From: Nitrosopumilus sp.
Lineage (GTDB): Archaea; Thermoproteota; Nitrososphaeria; Nitrososphaerales; Nitrosopumilaceae
Length of the DNA stretch: 64,000 bases
Direction of reading: 5' to 3'
NCBI GenBank assembly: GCA_028343855.1
Contig: JAOLZN010000001.1
Location: 27,559 to 91,558 of the forward strand
The position numbers were made by a program, and so were the translations under genes. Shown here in pieces: positions 1-10,504 of the stretch (position 1 is the first letter of the stretch; every line of letters begins with the position of its first letter). Under the pieces are notes generated by a model. That model worked only from the letters and a program-made list of their open reading frames with translations. It had not been told where the DNA came from and ran no database searches.

Positions 1-806
1 ATATCCAATCTGAAATCGTTTGGTGATTTGTACAAATAAGTTAATGCTACAGCAACTTCTGCAAGTGGTGGTATTCCGGTTCTTTCTCCAATTCCATCAA
101 TAGTTGTGTGAATTTGATCTACTCCTGCATCACATGCTGAAAATGCGTTTGCCACTGCAAATCCTATGTCGTTATGAACATGTGCATCTAACGGAACATC
201 TACTACTTCTCTAACCTTTTTTACAAAATTGTACATTCCAATTGGACGCAAAATTCCTACTGTATCTGGAAGACTAATTCTATCTACTCCTGCTTCTTCA
301 ATAGCTTTACAAACTGTTAATAGAAATTCCGGTTCTGCTCTGCTGCCGTCTTCAACTGTAAATCTAATTTTTAATCCGTGTGATTTTGCATATTCTACAG
401 TTTCTACAGCTCTTTCCAAAGCTTCGTCTCTAGAAATTCGTAGTTTGTCTTTTAGATGTATGTCTGAAATTCCTAAATATGCTGCACACCATTTTGCATC
501 ACAATCTAATGATATGTCTATATCTTGTTTAAGTGCACGTCCATGGGATACTATGTCTGCTGTTAACCCTTGCTTGATAATTGTTTTAGTTGCTTCTTGA
601 TGATCTTTTGATACTACTGGAGATATTTCAATTTGATCAACTCCAAAATAGTCTAACATCCATGCAATCTGAATTCTTTGTTTATTTGTAAATGACACAC
701 CTGGGTGTTGTTCCCCTTCTCTAAGTGTACTGTCTAACACTCTAATCTTCTTTGGATTTTTTTCATATGCGTTATACAGATTTGCATAGTGATTCGGATC
801 TTTCAT
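1..806 (-). CDS. Homocitrate synthase / 2-isopropylmalate synthase family (DRE-TIM), 3' end outside window
   Basis: Manual translation from ATG at 806: MKDPNHYANLYNAYEKNPKKIRVLDSTLREGEQHPGVSF (DSTLREGEQ motif); lies downstream of lysM in the Lys/Arg cluster. Confidence 0.85.
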   Translation of the reverse strand, partial: MKDPNHYANLYNAYEKNPKKIRVLDSTLREGEQHPGVSFTNKQRIQIAWMLDYFGVDQIEISPVVSKDHQEATKTIIKQGLTADIVSHGRALKQDIDISLDCDAKWCAAYLGISDIHLKDKLRISRDEALERAVETVEYAKSHGLKIRFTVEDGSRAEPEFLLTVCKAIEEAGVDRISLPDTVGILRPIGMYNFVKKVREVVDVPLDAHVHNDIGFAVANAFSACDAGVDQIHTTIDGIGERTGIPPLAEVAVALTYLYKSPNDFRLD

Positions 807-833
807 TACTGAATTCGTTAACTAAATTTGATG

Positions 834-859
834 ATATAAACATATTCGTACTATTTTCG
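834..859 (-). promoter_or_regulatory. TATA box (TTTATAT, 834-840) plus possible LysM/Lrp operator (CGTACTATTTTCG, 847-859)
   Basis: TATA lies ~28 bp upstream of the ATG; an imperfect palindrome sits just upstream of the BRE, where Lrp-type activators usually bind; resemblance to the Sulfolobus LysM site is from memory. Confidence 0.3.
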
Positions 860-922
860 TTGAAAATATTTTTAATTGATCCTAAATCAGTATTGAATTA
901 AAATTTTAAACCGAAACTCGTT

Positions 923-1342
923 TTAGATAACTTTTCTTAAAATTATTACAGTATTGGTATCTACCACTCCTGCAATTTTTCTTAATGCATCAATACTATT
1001 GTTTATTTCTGCAATACTTGATGCACTCATAATTGTTGTAATGTCATATTGTCCTGTAATTTCATAAACTGTTTTTACTCCATCTAATTTTGCAAGTTTT
1101 AACGAAACTTTGGATGTATCTGTTGCAGAATCTACTGATACTAATACAATTGCACTAGTAATGTTGTCTTCTCCTAACTCTATTGTAAATTTGTTAATTG
1201 TTTTACTATCTACTAAATTTTTTACTCTTCTTCTCACTGCTGATTCTGAAAGTTTTAATTTTTTACCAATATCTACAAATGATTCTCTAGAATCTTCTTT
1301 TAGATATCCGATAATTCTCTCATCAATTTTATCCTTATACAT
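923..1342 (-). CDS. lysM: Lrp/AsnC family regulator LysM
   Basis: N-terminal HTH (LSESAVRRRVKNL) and RAM domain (VYEITGQYDI); located in the lys/arg cluster. Confidence 0.85.
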   Translation of the reverse strand: MYKDKIDERIIGYLKEDSRESFVDIGKKLKLSESAVRRRVKNLVDSKTINKFTIELGEDNITSAIVLVSVDSATDTSKVSLKLAKLDGVKTVYEITGQYDITTIMSASSIAEINNSIDALRKIAGVVDTNTVIILRKVI

Positions 1343-2516
1343 TTCTCTTCTCTTCCTCTTTTGTTATTACCACATCTAAAGCATGTAAAACTTTTGTTAC
1401 GTCTTCCTCTTTTATCACTAAAGGTGGTAATATTCTTAGAATATTACGTCCTGAATATAACATTAAAACACCTTCATCAATTAATCCCATTAAGATATCT
1501 TTAACTTCAAATTTCATTTCAATTCCAATCATTAGTCCCTTGCCTCTAATTTCTCTAATCATTGTATGTTTTTCTTTTAATTTCTCTAATCCTTCTCTGA
1601 AAATTTCTCCCATCTTTTTAGAGTTTTCTATCAGTCCATCTTCTGTTAATGATGTCAGTGCAGCAATTCCTGCTGCACATGATATTGGATTTCCTCCAAA
1701 TGTTGATGAATGTTCACCCTTGCTTATGGCAGCTAAAATGCCTGGTTTAACTAATGTGGCACCCATTGGTACTCCTCCTGCAATTCCCTTTGCAAGACAT
1801 AAGATATCTGGTACTGTATTCCAATGTTCACCTGCCCATAATCGTCCTGTTCTTCCCAACCCTGCTTGAATTTCGTCAAAAACTAATAGAATTCCTTTTT
1901 CATCACATAGTTTTCTAACTTCTTGTAGAAATCCATCTGGTGCAACAACTATTCCACTTTCTCCTTGAATTGGTTCTAAAATAATGAATGCAGTATCTTC
2001 CTCAATTACAGAACGTAGTGAATCCATGTCCCCAAATGATGCAAAAGAAACTTTTTCAACTAATGGTGCAAATGCTTTTCTATATTTTGGATTAAATGTT
2101 AATGATAATGCTCCAAATGATTTTCCATGATATGATCCTTTCATTGCAACCATTCCTTTTTTGCCAGTAAACTTTCTTGCAAATTTCATTGCAGCTTCAA
2201 CAGCTTCTGCACCACTGTTGTTAAGATGTACTTGTGTTAATCCTTCTGGAGCCATTTCGATAAGTTTTTTCAAAAACCCTTCTCGTGTTTTATTGTATAA
2301 CGAACTATGTACAGTAATTATTTTGTCTACTTGTTCTTTAATTGCATTATTGACTCTTTGATTTTGATGTCCAACTAATGCTACGCCATATCCTCCCATA
2401 CAATCAATGTACTCCTTCCCTTCTGTATCCCATACATGTGCATCAACACCTTTTTCAATTGTAACTGGAAATCTCTGATAGAGATTACCCATATGTTGAT
2501 CTTCACTCATGTTCAA
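1335..2516 (-). CDS. lysJ: [LysW]-aminoadipate semialdehyde / glutamate semialdehyde transaminase (LysJ/ArgD)
   Basis: Class III PLP aminotransferase motifs FDEIQAGLGRTG, LAKGIAGG, STFGGNP. Confidence 0.92.
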   Translation of the reverse strand: MNMSEDQHMGNLYQRFPVTIEKGVDAHVWDTEGKEYIDCMGGYGVALVGHQNQRVNNAIKEQVDKIITVHSSLYNKTREGFLKKLIEMAPEGLTQVHLNNSGAEAVEAAMKFARKFTGKKGMVAMKGSYHGKSFGALSLTFNPKYRKAFAPLVEKVSFASFGDMDSLRSVIEEDTAFIILEPIQGESGIVVAPDGFLQEVRKLCDEKGILLVFDEIQAGLGRTGRLWAGEHWNTVPDILCLAKGIAGGVPMGATLVKPGILAAISKGEHSSTFGGNPISCAAGIAALTSLTEDGLIENSKKMGEIFREGLEKLKEKHTMIREIRGKGLMIGIEMKFEVKDILMGLIDEGVLMLYSGRNILRILPPLVIKEEDVTKVLHALDVVITKEEEKRNV

Positions 2517-3306
2517 TCACCGTACAATTATCATGTGCAATAGCTGTAGAAATAGGATTCTCTTTTTGCCCATTTGCAATAAAAGCTTGTTTTACTCCCA
2601 TATCCAAAGCTTCTGTTGAAGCTAAAATCTTTTTTTCCATACCTGGACCTATTTTTGGTCTAATCTCTTTTGCTTCAGCAAGTGTCAATTTTGGTACCAC
2701 TTTATCATCCATTAAAAGTCCATCTACATTTGTAATGAATAATACTTTGTCACTTCCCACACTTCCTGCAACATATGCTGCAGCTCTATCCCCATCTACA
2801 TTCAGGAATTCTGACTCTTCACTGATTGCTATTGGTGAAATTACTGGCGTCAATCCTTGTTTAAGTAATGATTTAATGAATTCTGAATTTATGTTCTTTA
2901 TTTTGCCTGTATATCCTCCATCAATTGCTTGTTTTCTACCTTTTTCATTCACAATCAATAATTTTTTCTTTCTATCTGCTTCTATCACTCTGGCATCCAC
3001 TCCTGATAATCCAATTGCATTAATTCCATTTTTTTGCAACATTTGAACAATCGTCTTGTTAATCCTACCTGACATAACCATAGTAAAAATTTCTGAGGTT
3101 TCTTTGTCTGTATATCTACTTTTAATTCCACTTGGAGATGTTACAAATTTGGGTTCTTTTCCTAATTGTTCACAAACTTTTGTAACTTCTTTTCCTCCAC
3201 CGTGAACAATTATGATGCCCTCTGTTTCTGCAGTTTTTTTAATATCTAGAATTGTGGATGGATGTAAATCATCAACTACACTTCCTCCAATTTTAATCGT
3301 AATCAT
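2503..3306 (-). CDS. lysZ: [LysW]-aminoadipate/glutamate kinase (LysZ/ArgB)
   Basis: IKIGGS, VHGGG, NVDGDRAA motifs. Confidence 0.93.
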   Translation of the reverse strand: MITIKIGGSVVDDLHPSTILDIKKTAETEGIIIVHGGGKEVTKVCEQLGKEPKFVTSPSGIKSRYTDKETSEIFTMVMSGRINKTIVQMLQKNGINAIGLSGVDARVIEADRKKKLLIVNEKGRKQAIDGGYTGKIKNINSEFIKSLLKQGLTPVISPIAISEESEFLNVDGDRAAAYVAGSVGSDKVLFITNVDGLLMDDKVVPKLTLAEAKEIRPKIGPGMEKKILASTEALDMGVKQAFIANGQKENPISTAIAHDNCTVIEHE

Positions 3307-3308
3307 TT

Positions 3309-4355
3309 CTAAACTGGAGTTAATGGTGTGTATCTTAAACCATTCATTTCATCAAAGCCACACATTACATTCATATTTTGAATAGCAGAACCTGCTGCAC
3401 CTTTCATTAAATTATCTGATGCCGATAACGCAATTAGTCTATTGTTATCTTCATCAAAATCAAATCCAATATCACAAAAGTTTGAACCTACTAAGAATTT
3501 TGGATCTGGGAATTTGTAAAGTCCTTTTTTATCTCTAATTAATCTAATAAATTTTTCATCACCATAAGCTTCACGATATATTTTCCACAAATCTTTTTGC
3601 TCTATTTCTTTTTTCAAAAATGTGTGATTTGTACACAAAATTCCTCTAACAACATCTACTGCATGTGGACTCATTGATACTTTGATTTTACTTCCTGCAA
3701 TTTCACTTAATTCTTGTTCAATTTCACCAGTGTGTCTATGTTTTGCTGGTTTGTATGGTCTGATAACTCCTGCACGCATTGCATGTGCTGTTCCAGAACC
3801 AGAACCTGCACCAGATGATCCAATTTTTGAATCTACAATTATGTGATCCGTATCTATAAGGTCATTTTTAATTAATGGTGCTAGTGCTAGTGTTGATGTA
3901 ACTGCCATACAACCTGGACATGATACAAGTTGTGCTTTTTTAATTTCTTCTCTATGTAATTCTGGAACTCCGAAAACTGATTTTGGTAAATAATCTGGAT
4001 GTGGATGTGTCCAGCCATACCATTTATCATATGCTTCTTGTTTATGTAATCTATAATCTGCACTCAAATCAATTACTTTGATACCTCTGTCGTAGAGTGC
4101 TTTTACAATTTCAGTAGCAGTCCCATGGGGTACTGCTGTAAAAACCACATCACATTGATCTGTTAATCTATCATAATCTAATTCTGAAAATTTTAGATCT
4201 GTAAATCCCTTTAAACTAGGTTGAACTCTGTGTAAATATTCTCCAACATGTTGTCTTGATGTTACCGTACTAATTTCAACATCTGGGTGATTGACAAGAA
4301 GACGAAGTGTCTCTCCACCTACATATCCTGATGCTCCTACAACTCCTACTTTCAT
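3309..4355 (-). CDS. lysY: [LysW]-aminoadipate/glutamate phosphate reductase (LysY/ArgC)
   Basis: VGASGYVGGE, SCPGC, DNLMKGAAG motifs. Confidence 0.95.
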   Translation of the reverse strand: MKVGVVGASGYVGGETLRLLVNHPDVEISTVTSRQHVGEYLHRVQPSLKGFTDLKFSELDYDRLTDQCDVVFTAVPHGTATEIVKALYDRGIKVIDLSADYRLHKQEAYDKWYGWTHPHPDYLPKSVFGVPELHREEIKKAQLVSCPGCMAVTSTLALAPLIKNDLIDTDHIIVDSKIGSSGAGSGSGTAHAMRAGVIRPYKPAKHRHTGEIEQELSEIAGSKIKVSMSPHAVDVVRGILCTNHTFLKKEIEQKDLWKIYREAYGDEKFIRLIRDKKGLYKFPDPKFLVGSNFCDIGFDFDEDNNRLIALSASDNLMKGAAGSAIQNMNVMCGFDEMNGLRYTPLTPV

Positions 4356-4383
4356 GATAAATCTTCTCTTAATGGAGTATAAT

Positions 4384-5241
4384 TTATTTTCTAACGTAGT
4401 CTAAGGCGAATTTTACCATCTCTTTTGGTATATTTCGTTCTGCAACTCTTGCTAATCCTTTGAATTCTACCGTATTGTTGACTTCATGAACTACTATGCC
4501 TTTCTCTTCATCTTCCATCATGTCAATACCCAAAATTCCTCCTCCCATTGCTTTTGATGCTTTAATTGCCATTTCTTCCATTTCTTTTGTTATTTCACAT
4601 ATTTCTGGATCTGCCCCTAAAGCAATATTTGTTTTAAATCCCCCTGATGATTTTCTGTACATTCCAGCAATTGGTTCATCCCCAATCGTAATTATTCTAA
4701 TATCTCTTGGTGGTCTTTTTACAACTTCTTGTAAATAGTAAATTCTGTCATGGGGACTATCTGTAATGTCCCTAACTTCAACAACTGCATCCATTGTATC
4801 TTTATCTTTAATTGGCATAACTCCTCTTCCCCAACTACCTATCACTGGTTTGATAACTAATGGATATCCAACTTTTTCTAAATTCTCTGTTGCACTTTCA
4901 CTTGAAAATGAAAAATATGTTTTAGGAGTTGGAATGTTATTTTTTTTAAGTAATAATGTCATGAACATTTTATTTCCACAAATGTTTGCAACATCAAATT
5001 TGTTTAAAACTGGAATATCCATAAATTCTAAAGCTGATGTAAAATGAAGACCTCTAAAATAACTTACACATCTTTCTAATACTACTTCACCTAAATCCAA
5101 ATCTTCTTTTTTAGTATCTGTGTTAATTTGTGTAATTTTCGCATCTACCATTTCTGCAGTATGGCCTAATTCGGTGGCTTCCTTCTTGAGCATTTTTTCT
5201 TCCGTTCGTAAACGGTCAAAAATAATGCTAATTTTTGACAT
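4384..5241 (-). CDS. lysX: LysW--amino acid ligase, RimK/LysX ATP-grasp family (probably the ArgX paralogue, given the link to argG)
   Basis: KPVIGSWGR, HEVNNTVEF motifs; adjacent to lysW. Confidence 0.92.
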   Translation of the reverse strand: MSKISIIFDRLRTEEKMLKKEATELGHTAEMVDAKITQINTDTKKEDLDLGEVVLERCVSYFRGLHFTSALEFMDIPVLNKFDVANICGNKMFMTLLLKKNNIPTPKTYFSFSSESATENLEKVGYPLVIKPVIGSWGRGVMPIKDKDTMDAVVEVRDITDSPHDRIYYLQEVVKRPPRDIRIITIGDEPIAGMYRKSSGGFKTNIALGADPEICEITKEMEEMAIKASKAMGGGILGIDMMEDEEKGIVVHEVNNTVEFKGLARVAERNIPKEMVKFALDYVRK

Positions 5242-5408
5242 TACTCTCCCCAGTCTTCGCCTACGCTTTCTGCTTGTTTAAGCTCAATATTTGATCCTTC
5301 TTTTTTGGAAATCTCATAGTCAGCTCCACAATCAGGACAGGAGACTATTTCTCCTACTGCGGCATCTTCTGGGATGTTGAGTTTTGCGTCACATTCTGGA
5401 CAGTTCAT
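5241..5408 (-). CDS. lysW: Amino-group carrier protein LysW (55 aa; missing from ORF track)
   Basis: MNCPECDAKLNIPEDAAVGEIVSCPDCGADYEISKKEGSNIELKQAESVGEDWGE: two CxxC and the C-terminal EDWGE signature. Confidence 0.97.
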   Translation of the reverse strand: MNCPECDAKLNIPEDAAVGEIVSCPDCGADYEISKKEGSNIELKQAESVGEDWGE

Positions 5409-6604
5409 ATTTTTGATTTCCTTTTCTTTTGTAATTTATTAGCTTCCGTTGATTGAATTCCCCATAATTCTACAAATCCTTTGGCTAATCTTTGGTCAAA
5501 TGTTGATTCTACTCCATAAGTGGCAATATCGTGGCTATACAATGAATTATTTGATTTTCTTCCTACTACCCTTAAACTTCCTTTAAATAATTTTAATTTC
5601 ACAGTACCTGAAACTGGTTTTTGTGATTTTTCAATGAAACCATCTAGATCTGCTTTAAGTGGATCTTGCCATAATCCTGAATATACTAAATGTGCCCATT
5701 CATCATCAATCATTGATTTGAATTTATTTTCATGTTTTGTATGAACCATTTTTTCCAAATCTGCATGTGCTTCAATTAAACAAGTTGCTGCAGGAGTTTC
5801 GTATACTTCACGTGATTTAATTCCTACAACCCTATCTTCAATATGATCTATTATTCCAACACCTGCTGCACCAGCTTTTTTGTTGATGTATTCAATTATT
5901 TTTTGAGATCCTTTTATTTTTCCATCTACTTCTACAGGTACACCTTTATCAAATTTAATTTCTAGATATGTTGGTTTATCTGGTAAGTTTTTTGTTTTAA
6001 TCCAAATAAAAGCATCATCTGGTGGTTCATTGTAAGGATCTTCTAAAACTCCTCCTTCAATTGCACGTCCCCATAAATTTTGATCAATACTAAATTTTTT
6101 AGCAACTGCATCAATTTCGATTCCATGTTTTTTTGCAAATTCTAATTCTGTATCCCTGTCTAGATTTTTATCTCTAATTGGTGCTATGATTGGAAGATCT
6201 GAACCTGAACGTAATGTGATATCAAAACGTACTTGATCATTGCCTTTACCTGAACATCCATGTGCTAATGACGTTACCTTTTCTTTTTTTGCAATTTCTA
6301 AAACTTTTTCTGCAATTAATGGTCTAGCAAGAGCTGTTGCTAAACAATATTTTTTTTGATAAAGTGCATTTGCTTTAATTGCTGGAAAAATATAATCATC
6401 AACAAATTCTTTTCTTGCATCAATATTGTAATGTTTTTTAACTCCTAATTTTTTTGCCTTTGCTGCAATTTTTTTAGCATCATCACCTTGACCTACATCA
6501 ACAGTAACTGTGATTACTTCCATATCGTGCTCTTCTTGTAAATATTTTACAACAACAGATGTATCGAGTCCTCCTGAAAATGCAAGAATTCCTTTTTGAG
6601 TCAT
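5405..6604 (-). CDS. argG: Argininosuccinate synthase
   Basis: LAFSGGLDTS, HGCSGKGNDQVRF, SIDQNLWGR; true start taken as MTQKG at 6604, not the ORF-track 6820. Confidence 0.95.
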   Translation of the reverse strand: MTQKGILAFSGGLDTSVVVKYLQEEHDMEVITVTVDVGQGDDAKKIAAKAKKLGVKKHYNIDARKEFVDDYIFPAIKANALYQKKYCLATALARPLIAEKVLEIAKKEKVTSLAHGCSGKGNDQVRFDITLRSGSDLPIIAPIRDKNLDRDTELEFAKKHGIEIDAVAKKFSIDQNLWGRAIEGGVLEDPYNEPPDDAFIWIKTKNLPDKPTYLEIKFDKGVPVEVDGKIKGSQKIIEYINKKAGAAGVGIIDHIEDRVVGIKSREVYETPAATCLIEAHADLEKMVHTKHENKFKSMIDDEWAHLVYSGLWQDPLKADLDGFIEKSQKPVSGTVKLKLFKGSLRVVGRKSNNSLYSHDIATYGVESTFDQRLAKGFVELWGIQSTEANKLQKKRKSKI

Positions 6605-6740
6605 GAAACATCTTTTCCGTAGTATTTTCGAATTTATCTTTTGTGTTGGGCTTATTTTTTCTCCTAATTTTTGATATTTTTCATGACTAGCTTGAGCTAA
6701 AATTCGATGATTATTTAACCGCCAGATATAACGCTGTTTT

Positions 6741-7766
6741 ATGACAATCAAATTGTTACTTTCCATAGGAATTGTTGCATCTGTTCTAGCTTCTATTACT
6801 GGAATCGCCCTTAATTTCAATGAAGAAATTAGTGAAAATAATTTAAGAATTGCATATTTTCCAAATATTGGTCATGCAGTACCAATTGTTGGAATTGAAA
6901 ATAATTTCTTTTTAGAAAAACTTAGTTCTGATACTAAAATTGAAAGTAGAATTTTTGATAGTGGTCCTCAAGTAATAGAATCTTTATTTGCAAATTCTGT
7001 TGATATTGCATATGTTGGACCTGGACCTGCAATTAATGGATTTCTAAATTCAGAAAATAATAATATCCAAATCTTATCTGGTGCTGCAAGTGGAGGTGCA
7101 AGCTTTATTGTTCATCCTGAATCTGAAATTAACTCTGCGTCTGATTTTTCAGGGAAAAAGATTGCTGCTCCTCAAATTGGTAATACTCAAGATGTTTCTT
7201 TACGTCATTATTTATCTGAAAATAATTTAAAACCTGCTGAAAAAGGTGGTTCTGTGATAATTTATAATATTTCTAATCCTGATATTTACACATTATTTGT
7301 AAAAGGTGATATTGATGGTGCATGGGTTGCAGAACCTTGGGCAACAATTTTGGAAACTGAACTTAATGGAAAAAGATTATTTTTTGAAGAAGATTTGTGG
7401 CCCAATAAACAATTTGCTTCTGTATTACTAATTGCAAATACTGATTACGTTAAAAAAAATCCTGAACTTATTTCTAAATTCCTTCTTTCTCATCATCATA
7501 CTGTAGATTGGATTAATGAAAATCCTCTTGAAACTCGAATTATTTTCAATAATTTTTTAAAATCTCATTTAGGTCAATCCTTGTCTGATGATGTGGTTGA
7601 TATTTCACTATCTAATTTAGAAATTACTACTAACCCTGTAAAAGATTCTGTTCATTCTTTTGCTGAAAAAGCTAATGTGTTGGGTTATTTGGGAAGAAAT
7701 GGATATGATATATCTGAAATTTTTTACACTATTGATTCAAATCCTAATCTTGAGGGGGATACTTAG
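6741..7766 (+). CDS. NitT/TauT/SsuA-family ABC transporter substrate-binding protein
   Basis: N-terminal anchor; AYFPNIGHA, DIAYVGPGPAING, GNTQDV, AWVAEPW. Confidence 0.85.
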   Translation: MTIKLLLSIGIVASVLASITGIALNFNEEISENNLRIAYFPNIGHAVPIVGIENNFFLEKLSSDTKIESRIFDSGPQVIESLFANSVDIAYVGPGPAINGFLNSENNNIQILSGAASGGASFIVHPESEINSASDFSGKKIAAPQIGNTQDVSLRHYLSENNLKPAEKGGSVIIYNISNPDIYTLFVKGDIDGAWVAEPWATILETELNGKRLFFEEDLWPNKQFASVLLIANTDYVKKNPELISKFLLSHHHTVDWINENPLETRIIFNNFLKSHLGQSLSDDVVDISLSNLEITTNPVKDSVHSFAEKANVLGYLGRNGYDISEIFYTIDSNPNLEGDT

Positions 7767-8531
7767 ATGACAAAGCTCGAGGCAAAGAATATTGTAAAAT
7801 ATTTTAGTCATGATTCTCATAAACTCAAAGCTCTAGGTGGGGTCAATTTAAAAATTGAATCTGGAGATTTTGTATGCCTAGTTGGACCTTCTGGATGTGG
7901 AAAATCTACCTTTTTACGTATAGTTGCAGGTTTGGAGACGCCTGATGAAGGACAAATTATTTTTGATGGTCATCCTGTAACTGAAACTGGACCTGAAAGA
8001 ATAATGGTCTTCCAAGAAGGTGCTTTATTTCCTTGGTTAAAGGTTCAAGATAATGTTGAATTTGGATTAAAGATGGCTGGAATTTCAAAAGAAGAACGAG
8101 CAAAAATATCTCATAGATATTTAGATATGATGCAATTAACTAAATTTGCAGATTCTTTTACTTACCAACTTTCAACTGGAATGAAACAACGTGTAGCTAT
8201 TGCTAGAGCTCTTGTAATGGATCCTGATGTCTTATTGATGGATGAACCATTTGCAGCACTTGATCCACAAACCAGAGATTTATTGTTAGTTGAAATGCAA
8301 CTAATTTGGGAAAAAACTAAAAAAACTATTTTGTTTGTTACTCATAATGTTGCAGAAGCAGCTGTTCTTGGAACTAAAGTTGCAATTTTTAGTAATAGGC
8401 CATCAACAATTAAAAAAGAATTAATTAATAATTTTCCTAGACCGCGAACTGCTGAAGATGAATCTTTAAAAAAATTCCAACAAGATATTTTATTAGAACT
8501 TAGACCTGAGGTAAAGAAAAATCTAGAGTAA
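7767..8531 (+). CDS. NitT/TauT ABC transporter ATPase
   Basis: Walker A GPSGCGKST, signature LSTGMKQR, Walker B LLMDEPF. Confidence 0.93.
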   Translation: MTKLEAKNIVKYFSHDSHKLKALGGVNLKIESGDFVCLVGPSGCGKSTFLRIVAGLETPDEGQIIFDGHPVTETGPERIMVFQEGALFPWLKVQDNVEFGLKMAGISKEERAKISHRYLDMMQLTKFADSFTYQLSTGMKQRVAIARALVMDPDVLLMDEPFAALDPQTRDLLLVEMQLIWEKTKKTILFVTHNVAEAAVLGTKVAIFSNRPSTIKKELINNFPRPRTAEDESLKKFQQDILLELRPEVKKNLE

Positions 8532-8536
8532 TTATT

Positions 8537-9295
8537 ATGGCAAAAAATTTTACTCCTCATCGCATTGGATTTTATGTTGCAATTGTAGTTGTTTGGCAAA
8601 TTATTGCAATGATTGGAATTTGGCCTGATAATATTTTCCCATCCCCATATGAAGTAGCTGAAGATTTGTTTTATGGTGGTGCAGATGGTAGTCTATTTTA
8701 CGGAATTGCAACAAGTATGTGGAGATTATCTATTGGATTGGCAATTGCGATTGCTGGTGGAATTGTATTGGGAATTTTCATGGCAAGAGTAGAAGCGATC
8801 AATCAAACAGTTGGTTCGTTAGTTTTAGGATTACAATCCATTCCTTCAATTGCTTGGGTTCCATTGGCAATACTTTGGTTTGGTTTAACTGATGGTGGAA
8901 TAATTTTTGTTACTGCAATTGGTGCGATTTTTGCTGTTACAATTAACACCTATACTGGTGTCAAAAATATTGACCCTCATTTTATTGAGGCTGCAAGAAA
9001 CATGGGTGCAAAAGGAACTCAATTAATTACAGCTGTTTTGATACCTGCCGCATTTCCATACATGATTTCTGGATTTAAACAAGGTTGGGCTTTTGCATGG
9101 AGAGGTGTAATCGGTGCTGAAATACTATTTTCTTTCTTGGGATTGGGATTTTTACTAAACGCTGGTCGTTCTTTGAATGATGTTTCTCAAGTTATAGGAA
9201 TTATGGTTGTTATCATGTTGATAGGTTTGATAATTGACGGTGTAATTTTCAAAAGATTAGAAACTAAAGTAATGTCTCGTTGGGGATTGAGATAA
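8537..9295 (+). CDS. NitT/TauT ABC transporter permease
   Basis: Multiple TM helices; EAA loop FIEAARNMGA. Confidence 0.92.
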   Translation: MAKNFTPHRIGFYVAIVVVWQIIAMIGIWPDNIFPSPYEVAEDLFYGGADGSLFYGIATSMWRLSIGLAIAIAGGIVLGIFMARVEAINQTVGSLVLGLQSIPSIAWVPLAILWFGLTDGGIIFVTAIGAIFAVTINTYTGVKNIDPHFIEAARNMGAKGTQLITAVLIPAAFPYMISGFKQGWAFAWRGVIGAEILFSFLGLGFLLNAGRSLNDVSQVIGIMVVIMLIGLIIDGVIFKRLETKVMSRWGLR

Positions 9296-10393
9296 TTATT
9301 TTACTTTTAATGAAACAATAAATGCACATACAATTATTGCAATTGCAAAATACATTACAGCAATGTAATCAAACATGAATGCAATACTTCCTGCTATGAT
9401 TGGTCCTATTACTGTTGAAATAGATAATGTTGAACTAAATATTCCTGTTGATGTTGAACGAGGATTATTTTCCATTAAATGAAAATTTCCTCCAATAAAC
9501 AAAAATGCCCATGTGGCTCCCACTAGTGACATAAATGGCATTGCCATCCACCATTCTGTCACAAATGATAATCCGATAAATACAAACGTCGTACAACCAA
9601 TTCCAATTTTAAATTTAGTAATATTAGAAAGTTGAATCTTACTTGCCATAATATTCATTAAAATAAATGCTGTCAATGTATTGGCAACATACACTATGGA
9701 AATATGATACAAGTCCCCTCCCCATCTCTCCATAATCATTATGGGAAGAATTGTCCATACTGCTGCAGCACCAATATGTCTTAGTAATAATGATAAAAAT
9801 AGAAATTTATTTTTTAAAATTACTAATTTTGTTGTTCCTGGTTCAATTTCTTTTTTCTGTTTAGGATTTGGAAGTTTTATTGTAAAAATTAAACCTATGA
9901 TAAATGACGCTGCACTAATTATGAAAATTAATCTAAGATCACTTGCAATTCCTGCAGCAGCAATTCCTGCTAACCAACCTAAAGCATGAAATGAAATGAC
10001 CGTTGCTGCTCTTTTTTTATCAATATTTGCTTCGTATGTGTAAGCAATCATTGCTGGAATCATTATTCCACTTGCAATTCCTGCAGCAATTCTTACTAGA
10101 AATAACAATGTCAGATCATCTGCAAAATAATGTAATCCAAATGCTATTGCACACCCAATGAATCCAATCCTGATAAATTTGAGTCTAGTTCCTTTCTTAT
10201 CTGAATGCCTTCCAAAATAAATTTCTGATATAATTTGTGCAAAACTGAATGAAGCAATTAGTAATCCAATTTCAAAAATAGAATCTGTTACACCTTTTCC
10301 TATAATTGGCATAAAGACAAATACAATTGAAATTCCTGCATGTTGAAAAAACGTTGCAGTACGAACTAAGTTGTTTACTTGTAACTTTGACAT
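9296..10393 (-). CDS. MFS transporter
   Basis: About 12 hydrophobic segments; motif A variant FGRHSDKKGTR. Confidence 0.8.
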   Translation of the reverse strand: MSKLQVNNLVRTATFFQHAGISIVFVFMPIIGKGVTDSIFEIGLLIASFSFAQIISEIYFGRHSDKKGTRLKFIRIGFIGCAIAFGLHYFADDLTLLFLVRIAAGIASGIMIPAMIAYTYEANIDKKRAATVISFHALGWLAGIAAAGIASDLRLIFIISAASFIIGLIFTIKLPNPKQKKEIEPGTTKLVILKNKFLFLSLLLRHIGAAAVWTILPIMIMERWGGDLYHISIVYVANTLTAFILMNIMASKIQLSNITKFKIGIGCTTFVFIGLSFVTEWWMAMPFMSLVGATWAFLFIGGNFHLMENNPRSTSTGIFSSTLSISTVIGPIIAGSIAFMFDYIAVMYFAIAIIVCAFIVSLKVK

Positions 10394-10504
10394 AAATATA
10401 CACTAATTTCACTTTGACCTAATTTCAACATACGTGCACATTTTACACTATTTTCTATTTTTATCTGAAAAGAGTTAAACTGTACAAGTATTTTTTAAAA
10501 TTCA

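Noticed and set aside
229-600. 123-aa + strand ORF, and the many similar antisense ORFs over core genes (e.g. 1540, 2735, 14254, 43976, 60330)
   Set aside because: They lie wholly opposite well-supported genes and show the composition typical of antisense shadows.
6605-6820. 72-aa N-terminal extension of ArgG in the ORF track
   Set aside because: It overlaps the divergent ABC binding-protein gene and its promoter; ArgG homology begins at MTQKG (6604).
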